Assembly: GCA_965222115.1 (NCBI GenBank)
Contig: CBDCTJ010000001.1
Span: forward strand, 288,001 to 352,000
Direction: 5' to 3'
Origin: Planctomycetota bacterium
GTDB lineage: Bacteria; Planctomycetota; PLA2; JAEUHO01
DNA length: 64,000 nt
The notes beneath the pieces are model-generated. The model was not told where the DNA came from. It ran no database searches and saw only the letters and a program-made list of their open reading frames with translations. A program made the translations under genes and the position numbers. Below, piece after piece: positions 1 through 10,229 of this stretch (positions within the stretch are counted from its first letter, which is position 1; each line of letters starts with the position of its first letter).

Positions 1-729
1 CGCGAAGCCGAAACGTTCGCCGCAAGTGTCTATCGCGACTTTGCGGACTGCCGATTCCCCGCGCCACCGAGTCCAACCACGTCGTCGCCGAGCGCCCCGT
101 CGGTGGGATCGCCGTACAGCAATCATTATCCCAACACCGTCACGCGTCAACCAGCGCCGCGCACCGCCGCTGCACCGGGTCCCTTGTCTCGCGTGCTGCC
201 CACGCCCACGTCACGTCCCGGGATAACTCGACCCGGAACTCCAAGTGTCATTTCGCAACCGGTCGTGCCTAAGACACCGGCCCCCGTCGCATACCCACCG
301 GCCGTGACCGCGCCGCAGCCCGTCGTTCGTCAGCCGGCCGCGCCACGTGTCGCAGGCGGGGTTCAGTGGTACCACGACTGGAATCAGGCATCGGCCGCCG
401 CGCGCGCCATGGGCGGCGTGGTCTTCATGATGGCGTCGCGAGCAACATGTACGCAGTGCCACAAGGTGAAAGACACCGTGATTCCCCGCCACCAAAACAT
501 CCTTGGTGGTCGCTGCGTCGGCTTCGTTTTCGACATGAGTCAGAAAGTCGGCGGCGTGTACGGCGGCCGCTACGGCGCATTCCTACGTCGCAATCTTCCG
601 TATGCGCAGATCATGCCACTTGCCGGGTTTGTAACGCCTGACATGCAGTGGATCGATGGATTCTGGGGTATGCCGACGGATGCTGACTTTGCGCAGAAGG
701 CCCGAACGGCCGTGGCACGCGCGCGATAG
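1..729 (+). CDS. Thioredoxin-fold protein with CxxC (CTQC) after a Pro-rich linker; 5' end lies outside the window
   Basis: Frame is open from base 1. QWYHDWNQASAAARAMGGVVFMMASRATCTQCHKVK matches the Trx-like/Thioredoxin_7 pattern. Confidence 0.7.
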   Translation, partial: REAETFAASVYRDFADCRFPAPPSPTTSSPSAPSVGSPYSNHYPNTVTRQPAPRTAAAPGPLSRVLPTPTSRPGITRPGTPSVISQPVVPKTPAPVAYPPAVTAPQPVVRQPAAPRVAGGVQWYHDWNQASAAARAMGGVVFMMASRATCTQCHKVKDTVIPRHQNILGGRCVGFVFDMSQKVGGVYGGRYGAFLRRNLPYAQIMPLAGFVTPDMQWIDGFWGMPTDADFAQKARTAVARAR

Positions 730-741
730 AAACATGGGCCA

Positions 742-779
742 AAACAAGAAACGCGCGGGGCAGCGTAACCGCCCCGCGC
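742..779 (-). terminator. Probable intrinsic terminator between convergent genes
   Basis: GCGCGGGGC (753-761) and GCCCCGCGC (771-779) form a stem, followed on the minus strand by GTTTCTTGTTTT. Confidence 0.6.
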
Positions 780-810
780 AGCAATCGAATGGGTCGTACC
801 GAACGACGAT

Positions 811-1368
811 CTAGTTGATGGTGAGGTGAAATCCACAGTCAACGGGATTGCCATTGTCGTCGTAGGTATATACGAAGATGGTGTCGTTGGGCGAGAGCAA
901 CGCAGGCGTTACGCTCGTCATACCCGCGGGCAAGTGTCGAGCGATATTCCAGTAGCGCAGGTGGAGACCCGTTGCGCCTGGAATCTCAATCTTGTAAACG
1001 CCCGTCTGCGTCTTGCTTACTACTGGCGTTCCCCAACCATTCGGAAGAACGAACGATCGAGAGAGGGTACCGTTTAGGTTTACCGCAACGGCAGCTTTCA
1101 CCTGACCATTGAGCGCGCCGTCATTGTAATCAAGGATGAAGTCTTTGACGCCTGCGAGCGTGCTTTCATGATTCACAATCTTCGAATTATTGTCGTTGAT
1201 TGCCGCGGCATGTGCCGCGAAGTTGGCGTTGACCTCGGAAGCTACAGCAGCCGTGTTGGCAACGAACGCATTCGGTGTGGACACGTTGCTCGCAAAAGCC
1301 ACGCCAAGCGAGAGAAGGGCGAGCGGGGCAACGATCATACCGATGGAGAATGCACTGCGATTGTTCAT
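811..1368 (-). CDS. Secreted hypothetical protein with an N-terminal 'ASEVNANF' motif typical of fibre-like surface proteins
   Basis: Signal peptide (LALLSLGVAFA), then PNAFVANTAAVASEVNANF, a short coiled coil and a beta-rich C-terminus. Confidence 0.65.
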   Translation of the reverse strand: MNNRSAFSIGMIVAPLALLSLGVAFASNVSTPNAFVANTAAVASEVNANFAAHAAAINDNNSKIVNHESTLAGVKDFILDYNDGALNGQVKAAVAVNLNGTLSRSFVLPNGWGTPVVSKTQTGVYKIEIPGATGLHLRYWNIARHLPAGMTSVTPALLSPNDTIFVYTYDDNGNPVDCGFHLTIN

Positions 1369-1475
1369 GAGTCTTGTCCTATTCGAAAAAGTTCTTGAAT
1401 GATGGAAGGATGGGGTGATGGAGGATTAGGTGTGTTTAGTTGAATCGTGAGCGTGTTCGAAACGATGCAAAGGCG

Positions 1476-1637
1476 CTATTGCCACTGCCCTTCGTTCCAA
1501 TTCATGACATCCCACTGATTGATCCCGTCGTCGTCCGCGCCGTCACCGCCGCCACCACCACCGCCACAGGCGGCGAGTGGAAGCGCAAGCATGGCCGCGA
1601 AGCACAGGACGAGAAGACGTCGAGTCACTTGCTTCAT
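1476..1637 (-). CDS. 53-aa lipoprotein with a Gly linker and a C-terminal Trp repeat (WDVMNWNEGQWQ)
   Basis: AGGAG RBS upstream of ATG 1637; lipobox LAAC. Confidence 0.7.
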   Translation of the reverse strand: MKQVTRRLLVLCFAAMLALPLAACGGGGGGGDGADDDGINQWDVMNWNEGQWQ

Positions 1638-1881
1638 GGAGAAACTCCTTGCGTTCCGTATCGAGAAGGGCCGTCGGCGCGCGTCGCGCCTCTGCGAACC
1701 TCGTGACATGCCCTCCGCTCGCCGCAGCGCTACGAGGCCATTTCGAGGTTGGGATGCTGCGCGCCGGTTTGCGCGTCACCCGCAGCCACCACTCGGAGCG
1801 TCTTGCCCCTGGAGATTTCAAAGAATTCCCAAAACCCCTATTATTGGCCTTCTCCGAACTATGCCAAGTCCCCGTCGCTTG

Positions 1882-2784
1882 CTACTGCCGCCCTTTGAGC
1901 GTCTCCCACCCGTCGATGGAGCGCGGCCAATCTGCCTTCAGCAGCTTGGAGAGTGCGCGATCGGCATAGACCTTCCCATCCGTCTGGCAAGGTGCGCAGT
2001 AGTTTGTTTCCCGTGCGCCATAGACAATGCGCTGCACGGGCGCACCACAGGCTGGACACGGCTTACCGTACTTGCCGTGTACCGCCATCTCTGGATGAAA
2101 CGCCGTCACTTTTGATGGAAATTTGTCACCCGCCTTCGTCCGTAAGCGCTCGGTCCACTCACGCAGCACTTCCTGGGCGGCCAGCCAAAGTGACTTGACC
2201 TCCTCGTCGTCCAGTCGACAAGTCCACGTCAACGGCGACAGTCGAGCACGATGAAGAATCTCGTCGCTGTACGCATTTCCAATGCCCGAGAACACGGCAG
2301 GCGAGGTCATGGCCCGCTTTAGCGTGTGATTCTTGCGCATGAGCGCAGCGGTAAACGCTTCAAGCGTACACTCAAGCACCTCAACGCCCGAGCGCTCATG
2401 GGCGGCAAGCGCGTCTCTCCCCTGCAACACATGGATCGAAGCGCGCTTCTGACTACTCGCCTCGGTAATCAACAACGTGCCGTGAGCGAAGTCAATCGCC
2501 GCGAGCCCTCGCTTGCGCGGAACTGCGGCCCTCGCGGGCCGCCACTGAAATCTCCCGGCGATCATGAGATGGATTACTAGAATCAACTCACGCGCAAGAG
2601 TCAGCACAACGCGCTTGCCGCTGCGCTCAATGTGCTCCACGCGACGTCCAATCGCATCTTCAATGGGCGGCTCCGCCGTGCGCAAAAACGACACACTCGG
2701 TACGCGCACCCCGGTTACGGTTTCACCGGCAATACGTGCTTCCATGGCTTCGACATAGACGGTGATGTCGGGGAGTTCGGGCAC
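1882..2784 (-). CDS. Fpg/Nei family DNA glycosylase/AP lyase
   Basis: N-terminal PELPD, HLMIAG, H2TH motif GIGNAYSDEIL, C-terminal zinc finger CPAC...YCAPCQ. Confidence 0.93.
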   Translation of the reverse strand: MPELPDITVYVEAMEARIAGETVTGVRVPSVSFLRTAEPPIEDAIGRRVEHIERSGKRVVLTLARELILVIHLMIAGRFQWRPARAAVPRKRGLAAIDFAHGTLLITEASSQKRASIHVLQGRDALAAHERSGVEVLECTLEAFTAALMRKNHTLKRAMTSPAVFSGIGNAYSDEILHRARLSPLTWTCRLDDEEVKSLWLAAQEVLREWTERLRTKAGDKFPSKVTAFHPEMAVHGKYGKPCPACGAPVQRIVYGARETNYCAPCQTDGKVYADRALSKLLKADWPRSIDGWETLKGRQ

Positions 2785-2856
2785 AGGGACAATCGTAGGG
2801 TCGATTCTTCCGGAGCGCTAACCTGTACGTAACGTCCGGCCAATGGAGGATTCACG

Positions 2857-3366
2857 ATGACCGATGCATCCACCCCCACTCATGACGACGATGCGAATCG
2901 TTGGCAATTGATTACGGCGCGCGACATCATGCGTACCAACCTGATAACGGTGAGCTACGCTGCGCCCCTCTCGCAAATCGAGGAGAAGTTAGGCGAGCAC
3001 GGGATCTCGGGCGCCCCCGTCGTTGACGAAGCTGGTCATATCGTTGGCGTGATCTCCATGAAGGATCTCATTGCCCACTATGCCGAAGACGCCGATGCAC
3101 GCCCGCGCCGCGACGAAGGCTATTTTGAAATGTCGAGCGAAGACATGGGACGCAATGTCGTACGCGTAGGCCTACCCAAGGAGGCCGAGGCTACGGCGTC
3201 GGATCTTATGAACGCTGAGGTCTACTTTGTGGGGCCCGATGCGGGCTTAAGAGAGATTGCGACGCTCATGGCAAAGAAGGGAATTCACCGTGTCTTTGTC
3301 AAGGAGGACGATCGCTTCGTTGGGCTGATCAGCACGACGGAGATCGTGCACGCACTTTCTGCGTAG
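2857..3366 (+). CDS. CBS domain pair protein
   Basis: ARDIM, ISGAPVVD..G.IVGVIS and IHRVFV....FVGLIS motifs; GGAGG RBS. Confidence 0.9.
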   Translation: MTDASTPTHDDDANRWQLITARDIMRTNLITVSYAAPLSQIEEKLGEHGISGAPVVDEAGHIVGVISMKDLIAHYAEDADARPRRDEGYFEMSSEDMGRNVVRVGLPKEAEATASDLMNAEVYFVGPDAGLREIATLMAKKGIHRVFVKEDDRFVGLISTTEIVHALSA

Positions 3367-3378
3367 CAACGCGTCGTG

Positions 3379-6300
3379 CTAATGAAAGTCGCGTGAGTGA
3401 AGGGTCAGTTCAGGAAGACGCTCGTCGAGTTGTTCGATGTGATCCGCAATCATGTGAATGACTTGACCTTGACGTTCGAGACGCCCACGCACCAACAAAA
3501 CGTATGCGCGTCGCACCGTCGACCAGTAGCGATCGAATACGCGGCGCCACACGATGATGTTGCTGATACCCGTTTCGTCTTCCAGGGTAACAAACACAAC
3601 GCCCTTGGCGGTGTAGGGCCGTTGACGCGACAACACAACCCCGGCCACCGCACCGGGCGTGCGATGCGGCCACGCACGCTCATCGCGAAAACGGGCGGCG
3701 GGGGTCACGCCCAATGCATGCAGGTCGTTGCGCAGGAACGAAATGGGATGAGCCTCCAACGAAAGACCGGTGGCGTGGTAGTCGAGCGCCACACGTTGCA
3801 ACGGCTTCACGGGCGGCAACGGCGGTACCGCCGGTTTCATGGTGGCCAGTACGTCGCGAAACAAAGGAAGTGCCTCTGTACGAAGTCCGCGCACGCGCCA
3901 CAGTGCCGCCTGGCGATCCAACCCCATCGACGAGAAGGCATCGGCGCGGGCAAGCGTGCGCAGAATACGAACCGACGCGCGATGACTGGCGGCTGTGTCT
4001 TCGCCCTCGCTTCCTGCATCAACATCCATGCACGCGCGCGCATCGGTTAGCGTCTCGTGCAGGGCTTCCGGCGAATCAAAGGGACCGTGAAACGACACCA
4101 TGCGATGCACGAAACGCGCGTCGTCCTCGCGCAAACCACGCACCATGCGCAACCCCAACCGCAAACACGGTGCAGGTGGTTCGTCGGTTGATTCGCCGGC
4201 TTTCTTGTCCGGATATTCAAGCGTGAGATCCCAGTCGCTCGCGTTCACATCCACGGGAAGCACTGTGACGCCGTGTTCCTTGGCATCGCGAATCAACTGA
4301 GCCGGTTGATAAAATCCCATCGGTTGGCTGTTGAGCAACGAGGCGGTGAAGGCCGCGGGGTAATAATGTTTCAGCCACGAAGAGGCGTACGCTATAATTG
4401 CAAAACTAGCGGCGTGGGATTCAGGAAAACCGTACTCGCTAAAGCCCTGAATCTGGCGAAAGCAACGATCGGCAAAATCTTTTGAAAATCCACGCGCCAA
4501 CATACCGCGAATGAGTTTCTGTCCGAAACGGTCAATCGTTTTACCTTTGCGTTTCCATGTCGCCATAGCACGCCGAAGTGCGTCGGCTTCGCCGGGTGTG
4601 AATCCTCCGGCCTCGATGGCCAACTCCATGGCTTGCTCTTGAAAAAGCGGTACACCTAACGTTTTATCAAGAATCTTGGCAATATTCTCAGTGTAGACCT
4701 CGGGTTCTTCTTCACCACAACGACGACGCAAATAAGGGTGTACCATGCCGCCGTGAATGGGTCCGGGGCGCACAATGGCGACTTCGATCACCAAATCGTA
4801 AAACGTCTGAGGACGCAGTCGTGGCAACATCGACATCTGTGCGCGGGATTCGATTTGAAAGACCCCCACCGTGTCGGCGTTGGAAATCATTTCATAGACC
4901 GCAGGATCTTCTTCGGGCAGAGTACTGGGGCTTAATCCCTGCCGACGAAAGCGCTCCATCCGGTCACGAATACACGCGCGCTCCGACTCGCGTAATGCCG
5001 CGCGCGGCGCTTGTTCAATGAGCTCAAACGCTTTGCGGATACACGTGAGCATACCCAGCGCCAAGACATCCACTTTGAGCATGTTCATAGCAGCGATGTC
5101 GTCTTTTTCCCACTCAATCACCGTGCGATCTTCCATGGCACAGTTTTCAATGGGCACCAACGAGGAGAGATGATCCTGGGTAATCACAAAACCACCCACG
5201 TGCTGTGAGCGATGGCGCGGAAACCCCACAATCTGGTTGGCCAATGCGAAGAGCCGCTGAATGGCGACAGACTCCTGCTCCAAACCGAGATCACGAATGC
5301 GCGCCGTGATGTCATTTTCTTCTGAGTTCTTGCCTTCCGAGTTTTCGCCTTCCGCGCCTCGTCCGATGTTCTTGGCCAGACGATCCACAAGATCCAGCGA
5401 AAGGCCGAGCGCCTTGCCCACATCGCGAAGGGCGCTGCGCATGCGATAGGTAATGATTACGGCGGTGAGGGCCGCGCGCTCACGTCCGTAGGTCTCGTAG
5501 ATGTACTGAATTACTTCTTCGCGGCGTTCATGCTCGAAATCGATGTCGATGTCGGGCGGTTCGGCGCGTTCGCGACTGATAAAACGAGCAAAGAGCAACG
5601 AAAACCGATCGGGATCGACCGCGGTAACGCCCAAGCAATAACACACGGCGGAGTTGGCTGCCGCGCCGCGCCCCTGACACAAGATTCCGCGACGACGCGC
5701 AAACTGAACAATGTTGTAGACCGTGAGGAAGTAGGGTTCGTAGCGCAGCTCCTCAATGAGCGCCAACTCGTCTTCAACACGCCGACGCACATCATCCGGA
5801 ACACCATGCGGATAGCGTCCCTTGGCCCCTGCCCAGGTACATGTGCGCAGATACTCGATCGCGGTGGACCCCGCCGGTGCGACGTCGGTGGGATACTGGT
5901 AGCGAAGCTGACTGAGCGAGAAGGCGCTCGCGCGCTCGGCGATCTCAATCGTTCGCTGTAACGCCCGTGACCGCCTGGACTCATCCAATAAGTCGCGCCC
6001 AAGCCGCTCCATGTGTGATGGCGCCTGGAAATGTCGTTCGCCGTGGGCCATCAAACGTCGGCCGGCGCTGCCAATCGTGCAACCGTGGCGAATACACGTA
6101 AGGACGTCGTGCAGCGGACGGCGTTCCGGTATGTGATAGCGAACATCCCCTGTGATCACAAGTGGTACGTCCATGCGCTCCGCCGCATTCACCACGATGT
6201 CGCGATGGCGGGCATCGTCGGCACCAAAGTATTTGGTAATGGCCAGCGAAAGGCGGTCGTCGTCGAACACATCGCGCAATGCTTCAAACCGTCGCAGCCA

Positions 6301-6957
6301 CGCGCCATCGAGCATGCGTGGAGGCACATAGATGCCGAGCAATCCTCCGGCCGATTCAAACAACTCGCGCCAGTAGAGATAGCAATGTCCCTTCGGCGCG
6401 CGCCGTTTCCCGCGTGTGAGCAACTGCGACAGATCGCCGTAGGCTTCCCGAGACGTGGGATAGACGAGGAGCGAACCTTCCGTGGGCGTGGCATAGACAC
6501 CGCCCGGCATTTCGGGTGCAACCTTCTGGGGTGTATCGGGAATCGATGCCGCACGCTGAGCCAAACGTTGCGGCGCCATGCGGGGCGATGTGTAGGCGTG
6601 GTCGGGCACAAAATCCAAATGCACGCCCACACAAAACGCGAGCCCCGCCTCCTCCGCCGCCACATGCGCGCGCACCATCCCGCCCAATGTATTGCGATCG
6701 GTCAATGCCATGGCGCGGTAGCCCAGCGCCACCGCGCGTTCCACCAACTCCTCGGGATGACTCGCACCGTTTAGAAACGTGAAGTTGGACGTGATCTGCA
6801 ACTCGGCATACGGCACATCGCGCAGCGCTTGCCGAAGGCGATGCTGCGCAGCTTCAACACCCCGCCCATGCTCGCCGGGCCCTCTCTCTCCAGGCCATGT
6901 AACCGGACGCTGCGTATGCGGATGGGGATGTGACTTTGTAAATGGATGATCGGGCAT
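3379..6957 (-). CDS. dnaE2: Error-prone DNA polymerase III alpha subunit (ImuC)
   Basis: PHP motif YAELQ..SNFTFL.GASHPEELV, PDIDIDFE, GRGAAANS, YGFPESHAASFA, and the diagnostic C-terminal SRDFH. Confidence 0.97.
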   Translation of the reverse strand: MPDHPFTKSHPHPHTQRPVTWPGERGPGEHGRGVEAAQHRLRQALRDVPYAELQITSNFTFLNGASHPEELVERAVALGYRAMALTDRNTLGGMVRAHVAAEEAGLAFCVGVHLDFVPDHAYTSPRMAPQRLAQRAASIPDTPQKVAPEMPGGVYATPTEGSLLVYPTSREAYGDLSQLLTRGKRRAPKGHCYLYWRELFESAGGLLGIYVPPRMLDGAWLRRFEALRDVFDDDRLSLAITKYFGADDARHRDIVVNAAERMDVPLVITGDVRYHIPERRPLHDVLTCIRHGCTIGSAGRRLMAHGERHFQAPSHMERLGRDLLDESRRSRALQRTIEIAERASAFSLSQLRYQYPTDVAPAGSTAIEYLRTCTWAGAKGRYPHGVPDDVRRRVEDELALIEELRYEPYFLTVYNIVQFARRRGILCQGRGAAANSAVCYCLGVTAVDPDRFSLLFARFISRERAEPPDIDIDFEHERREEVIQYIYETYGRERAALTAVIITYRMRSALRDVGKALGLSLDLVDRLAKNIGRGAEGENSEGKNSEENDITARIRDLGLEQESVAIQRLFALANQIVGFPRHRSQHVGGFVITQDHLSSLVPIENCAMEDRTVIEWEKDDIAAMNMLKVDVLALGMLTCIRKAFELIEQAPRAALRESERACIRDRMERFRRQGLSPSTLPEEDPAVYEMISNADTVGVFQIESRAQMSMLPRLRPQTFYDLVIEVAIVRPGPIHGGMVHPYLRRRCGEEEPEVYTENIAKILDKTLGVPLFQEQAMELAIEAGGFTPGEADALRRAMATWKRKGKTIDRFGQKLIRGMLARGFSKDFADRCFRQIQGFSEYGFPESHAASFAIIAYASSWLKHYYPAAFTASLLNSQPMGFYQPAQLIRDAKEHGVTVLPVDVNASDWDLTLEYPDKKAGESTDEPPAPCLRLGLRMVRGLREDDARFVHRMVSFHGPFDSPEALHETLTDARACMDVDAGSEGEDTAASHRASVRILRTLARADAFSSMGLDRQAALWRVRGLRTEALPLFRDVLATMKPAVPPLPPVKPLQRVALDYHATGLSLEAHPISFLRNDLHALGVTPAARFRDERAWPHRTPGAVAGVVLSRQRPYTAKGVVFVTLEDETGISNIIVWRRVFDRYWSTVRRAYVLLVRGRLERQGQVIHMIADHIEQLDERLPELTLHSRDFH

Positions 6958-6972
6958 TGGTGGACCTCAGCT

Positions 6973-8997
6973 CTATGCCCACATGCCATGCACAAACCAT
7001 CGCCGTGCTTCGGAGCTGTAATAGATCCACAAACACCGCCCGAAGTCGTCGTACACGCGAAAGTAATCTCGATAGGCCAAACTACGTCGAGCTGTATTAG
7101 AAATTGAGCTCGCACCGCGATACCCAGCATCCACCGACGGCGTGCGCGGCACATCCCACCACGGCGCACCAATACGCTCGGGTCCTTCTGTGTGAAGCAC
7201 GGTTGCATCGACACCCCGCCAACGAAACTGCTCGGGCGGTCGCCGAATGCCGCGCGCATGCAACTTGTCTATCTCGTTTTGCTCGCCTTGATCATTCGGC
7301 TCATTCGACTCGCGCGAAACCAGCGACATCAACACTTCCGGCGAAGAAAACAAATTCGTGGGGCGATCGGCAACGAGATCGAATCCGCCGAGTGGATGCG
7401 GCTCATCAACGCGTTTGCCGCCAGATCTCTTATCTAACACTCCCTTATCCAACACACTGCGGCGCGTGTAGGCTCGCTCGGGGATGTGTGTGTCGAGCAC
7501 CTCCATACGCACAATGCGCGCCGCATCGCCACAGTGATCAATGAGACGATCAAGCAACACGCCAAGTGCTTTCGATGTTCTGTGCTTACTTCCATGAGTT
7601 CGTTTCGTTGTGGGTATCGCCTCTTGAGAGACCATCGGTGATGCCGGCACCGGCGATGTTGACGTAGACACTGGCAAAAGCGTTTGCTGCAACCACTGCT
7701 GGGGATAAACCCGCGTAGCCGCAAGCGTGACTTGCTCAACGCCCAACGTAAGACGCAACGACTCCATACGCGTACGCAACAAGACCCCGAGGTGGTGTGC
7801 ATCCACACTGGGACGCGCAAGCAGGAGTTGAATGTGGGGATCACGTATTCCCGTAGTGCGTATTCCCGTAGTACGTACTCCCACATCACGGCTACGCACT
7901 CCATCATCGCTATGTTCTAGTGGCACGTCCTGTACGCAGCGCATCGTTAGATCGAACTGCCCCACGGCTACATTGCGTTCTTCAACGCGTGCTAACAACG
8001 TGTTTAGCAACGCCATAACCACATCGATCAAGGCGTGGATATCGCCCATCCCCCCCGCGTCGATGACGTCGTTGCTAAACCGAAATCGCTCCCATAAAGG
8101 ATCCTGTACCGGCAAAAAGGACACCGAGTCGGGACGTGCCCCAAAGGCCTCGTCCATTCGCTCCACAAACGACTCTCCAAAACGCGACACCAACTGCGTA
8201 CGCGGGATGGGAAAGAGGTGCTCGATGCGCTCGACACCCATCTCCCCAAGCAATTCCGTGCTACCTCCATCGAGCCGCAGCGCTTCAATCGGCAACTGGC
8301 GCATGGCTTCACGCTCGTCACCAGGCGCCACCAGCACACATACCTCACCTCCAGTGTTTTTATCGCCCCCAACACGACGGTCTTGCTGTTGTTCATTAGC
8401 AAACCGTTCGTCAGAAAACCGTGCCATCCCCCACGCACACCCCACCGTGCTAGCGAGTGCGATCCGTGCCTTAAATCCCATACGCCGAAGATCACCAAGC
8501 AGCGTGTGTGCCAGCACGTCTTCACCACCAAAAAGACGCTCACAACCATGTGTGCCCAGCAACAAACCATGCGGGGGATCTACTTCCACGACCGGTGAAA
8601 ATTTCGTGGCCCAGCGCGCCAAGGCGTGGAGTGCATTCAAATCGTCGCGCGCGTCGAAAGGCGCCACACACACCTCTCGACCACGAAGCAATGCATAGGC
8701 CTCGGCCAGGCGCACTCCCTCCACTACGCCGGACCGAGCCCCCAGTTCACAACAACGCACCACCACTTGATGCCCCGCCACCAAAGACACCAACAACACC
8801 GCCGGTCGAAGTTCGCTCGCACCTCCTTTCTTATTACGTGCTTCTTTGTTAAGAGCTCGCCGACGTCGCCACATGCGATCCACCGACCAATGCGGCAGGT
8901 ACACAGACAACACGCGCTGCTGCTTCACGGCCTGCCCGCCCAAGACGTCCTCGCCCAAGACGTGCTCGCTCGCGACTCGATTTTGGGTAACGCCCAT
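6973..8997 (-). CDS. imuB: ImuB, catalytically inactive Y-family polymerase
   Basis: LARWATKFSPVV, GCERLFGGE, LPIEALRL, GPERIGAPWW, RDYFRV, WFVHGMWA; directly upstream of dnaE2. Confidence 0.92.
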   Translation of the reverse strand: MGVTQNRVASEHVLGEDVLGGQAVKQQRVLSVYLPHWSVDRMWRRRRALNKEARNKKGGASELRPAVLLVSLVAGHQVVVRCCELGARSGVVEGVRLAEAYALLRGREVCVAPFDARDDLNALHALARWATKFSPVVEVDPPHGLLLGTHGCERLFGGEDVLAHTLLGDLRRMGFKARIALASTVGCAWGMARFSDERFANEQQQDRRVGGDKNTGGEVCVLVAPGDEREAMRQLPIEALRLDGGSTELLGEMGVERIEHLFPIPRTQLVSRFGESFVERMDEAFGARPDSVSFLPVQDPLWERFRFSNDVIDAGGMGDIHALIDVVMALLNTLLARVEERNVAVGQFDLTMRCVQDVPLEHSDDGVRSRDVGVRTTGIRTTGIRDPHIQLLLARPSVDAHHLGVLLRTRMESLRLTLGVEQVTLAATRVYPQQWLQQTLLPVSTSTSPVPASPMVSQEAIPTTKRTHGSKHRTSKALGVLLDRLIDHCGDAARIVRMEVLDTHIPERAYTRRSVLDKGVLDKRSGGKRVDEPHPLGGFDLVADRPTNLFSSPEVLMSLVSRESNEPNDQGEQNEIDKLHARGIRRPPEQFRWRGVDATVLHTEGPERIGAPWWDVPRTPSVDAGYRGASSISNTARRSLAYRDYFRVYDDFGRCLWIYYSSEARRWFVHGMWA

Positions 8998-10027
8998 CGT
9001 CCCACTCCAAATTCCACTGCTTCCCTAAAAAGGATTTATCTACGAAGGACTCGCTCACATGAGGTGTATTGAACGACGGCTTACTCAAGAACGCCGACAC
9101 TTCAGCAAACGGATGCGAACGCTTCAAACGACTCAACGAAAGCGACCATCCGGGGCGCGACGAGCATGAGGACACAAAACGTGGCGACCGATAGCTCACA
9201 TGCCAACGCGTGGCAGCCGCCGACAACATGCGTGATTCCCACGACGGACGCGCGATCAGGACCAACGGTGCCACCGAGCCGCCATCGCTACTTCTAGAAC
9301 GCGCCGCGACTTGCAATCGTCGCGTGTGATTCATACGCAATCGACGACCGTCGGCAACAATCACATTCGCGGCTGGCGATCGCAAGCAGAGCTCGAGCAT
9401 ACGCAGGCGCGTGCGGCCGTCGCGCGGGTCGATGAAAATCGATCGTTCCAAAAGGGACGCATGCTCAGGCGATTGCTTCTTCGGCAATTGCTTTTTCGAC
9501 AATCGATTCTTTGACAATTGCTGCTCTGCAAGAGCAAGCGGATAGGGCCACACCTCACGCCCAATCCAAAAAACATGCCCGCCGGTCGAAGGCACAGACG
9601 TGCTTACATAGGCTCGCGTCGCCAGATGGATAAAGAGTCGCAACGGTGGCGTCCATCGCGTGCGCAGCGCCTTGAGCTTTTCTTTGTTCGGCGCCTCTTT
9701 TCTCATTGAAGGAGACGTCGCGTGCGCATCGTTCGGAAGCGATTCGTTCGGAAGCGACTCGTGCGATAACGACGTACCAAACCACTCGTGCAACACACCG
9801 CGCGCTAATCCGTGATTTCGACCGTGACTCAGCACACGATCGATGGGATTCCATCCTGTTGAAACACTGCTCTCAGAAACACCACCCGACACACGTCGCG
9901 GATGCGATGACGTCCCTAGATCCACTCGCCTACTGGGATCCAATCGCCTGCTGGAATCCAGTGACATGCCAGAATTGGCCGACGTGTGTGGGAGACGGCT
10001 GCGAAGTGGGGTCGATTGTGCGCTCAT
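8849..10027 (-). CDS. imuA: ImuA-like protein (RecA/SulA-like)
   Basis: GLARGVLHEW, RRLQVAA, SAAATRWHV and LEWD motifs; first gene of the imuABC cassette, overlapping the imuB start. Confidence 0.85.
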   Translation of the reverse strand: MSAQSTPLRSRLPHTSANSGMSLDSSRRLDPSRRVDLGTSSHPRRVSGGVSESSVSTGWNPIDRVLSHGRNHGLARGVLHEWFGTSLSHESLPNESLPNDAHATSPSMRKEAPNKEKLKALRTRWTPPLRLFIHLATRAYVSTSVPSTGGHVFWIGREVWPYPLALAEQQLSKNRLSKKQLPKKQSPEHASLLERSIFIDPRDGRTRLRMLELCLRSPAANVIVADGRRLRMNHTRRLQVAARSRSSDGGSVAPLVLIARPSWESRMLSAAATRWHVSYRSPRFVSSCSSRPGWSLSLSRLKRSHPFAEVSAFLSKPSFNTPHVSESFVDKSFLGKQWNLEWDDGRYPKSSRERARLGRGRLGRAGREAAARVVCVPAALVGGSHVATSASS

Positions 10028-10061
10028 GTCTGTAAGATAGTATATTGTTAGGTATTGTCAA
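10028..10061 (-). promoter_or_regulatory. Sigma70-type leaderless promoter of imuABC
   Basis: Minus strand reads TTGACA-16 nt-TATCTT-6 nt-ATG, with no SD sequence. Confidence 0.7.
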
Positions 10062-10229
10062 GTTGGGAACAACCCGCAAGAAATAGGCCGTAGATGACGA
10101 TTCGAGCACGTGTGAGACGACCGGGGCACCTGGAAGCTGAGCCATCCGGCGCCTATAGTTGGTCCACCGACAATCAGCCATGGGCATCGCTGGAACGACG
10201 CCGGCAGAAGAGAACAGGGAGGCGAAACC

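Noticed and set aside
811-1368. Prophage tail-fibre gene indicating a prophage
   Set aside because: It has a signal peptide, and no integrase, capsid, terminase or other phage genes are in the window.
3397-8698. Long plus-strand ORFs opposite dnaE2 and imuB (for example 6031-6774, 7832-8698)
   Set aside because: Antisense shadow ORFs expected in GC-rich coding DNA, with no recognisable motifs.
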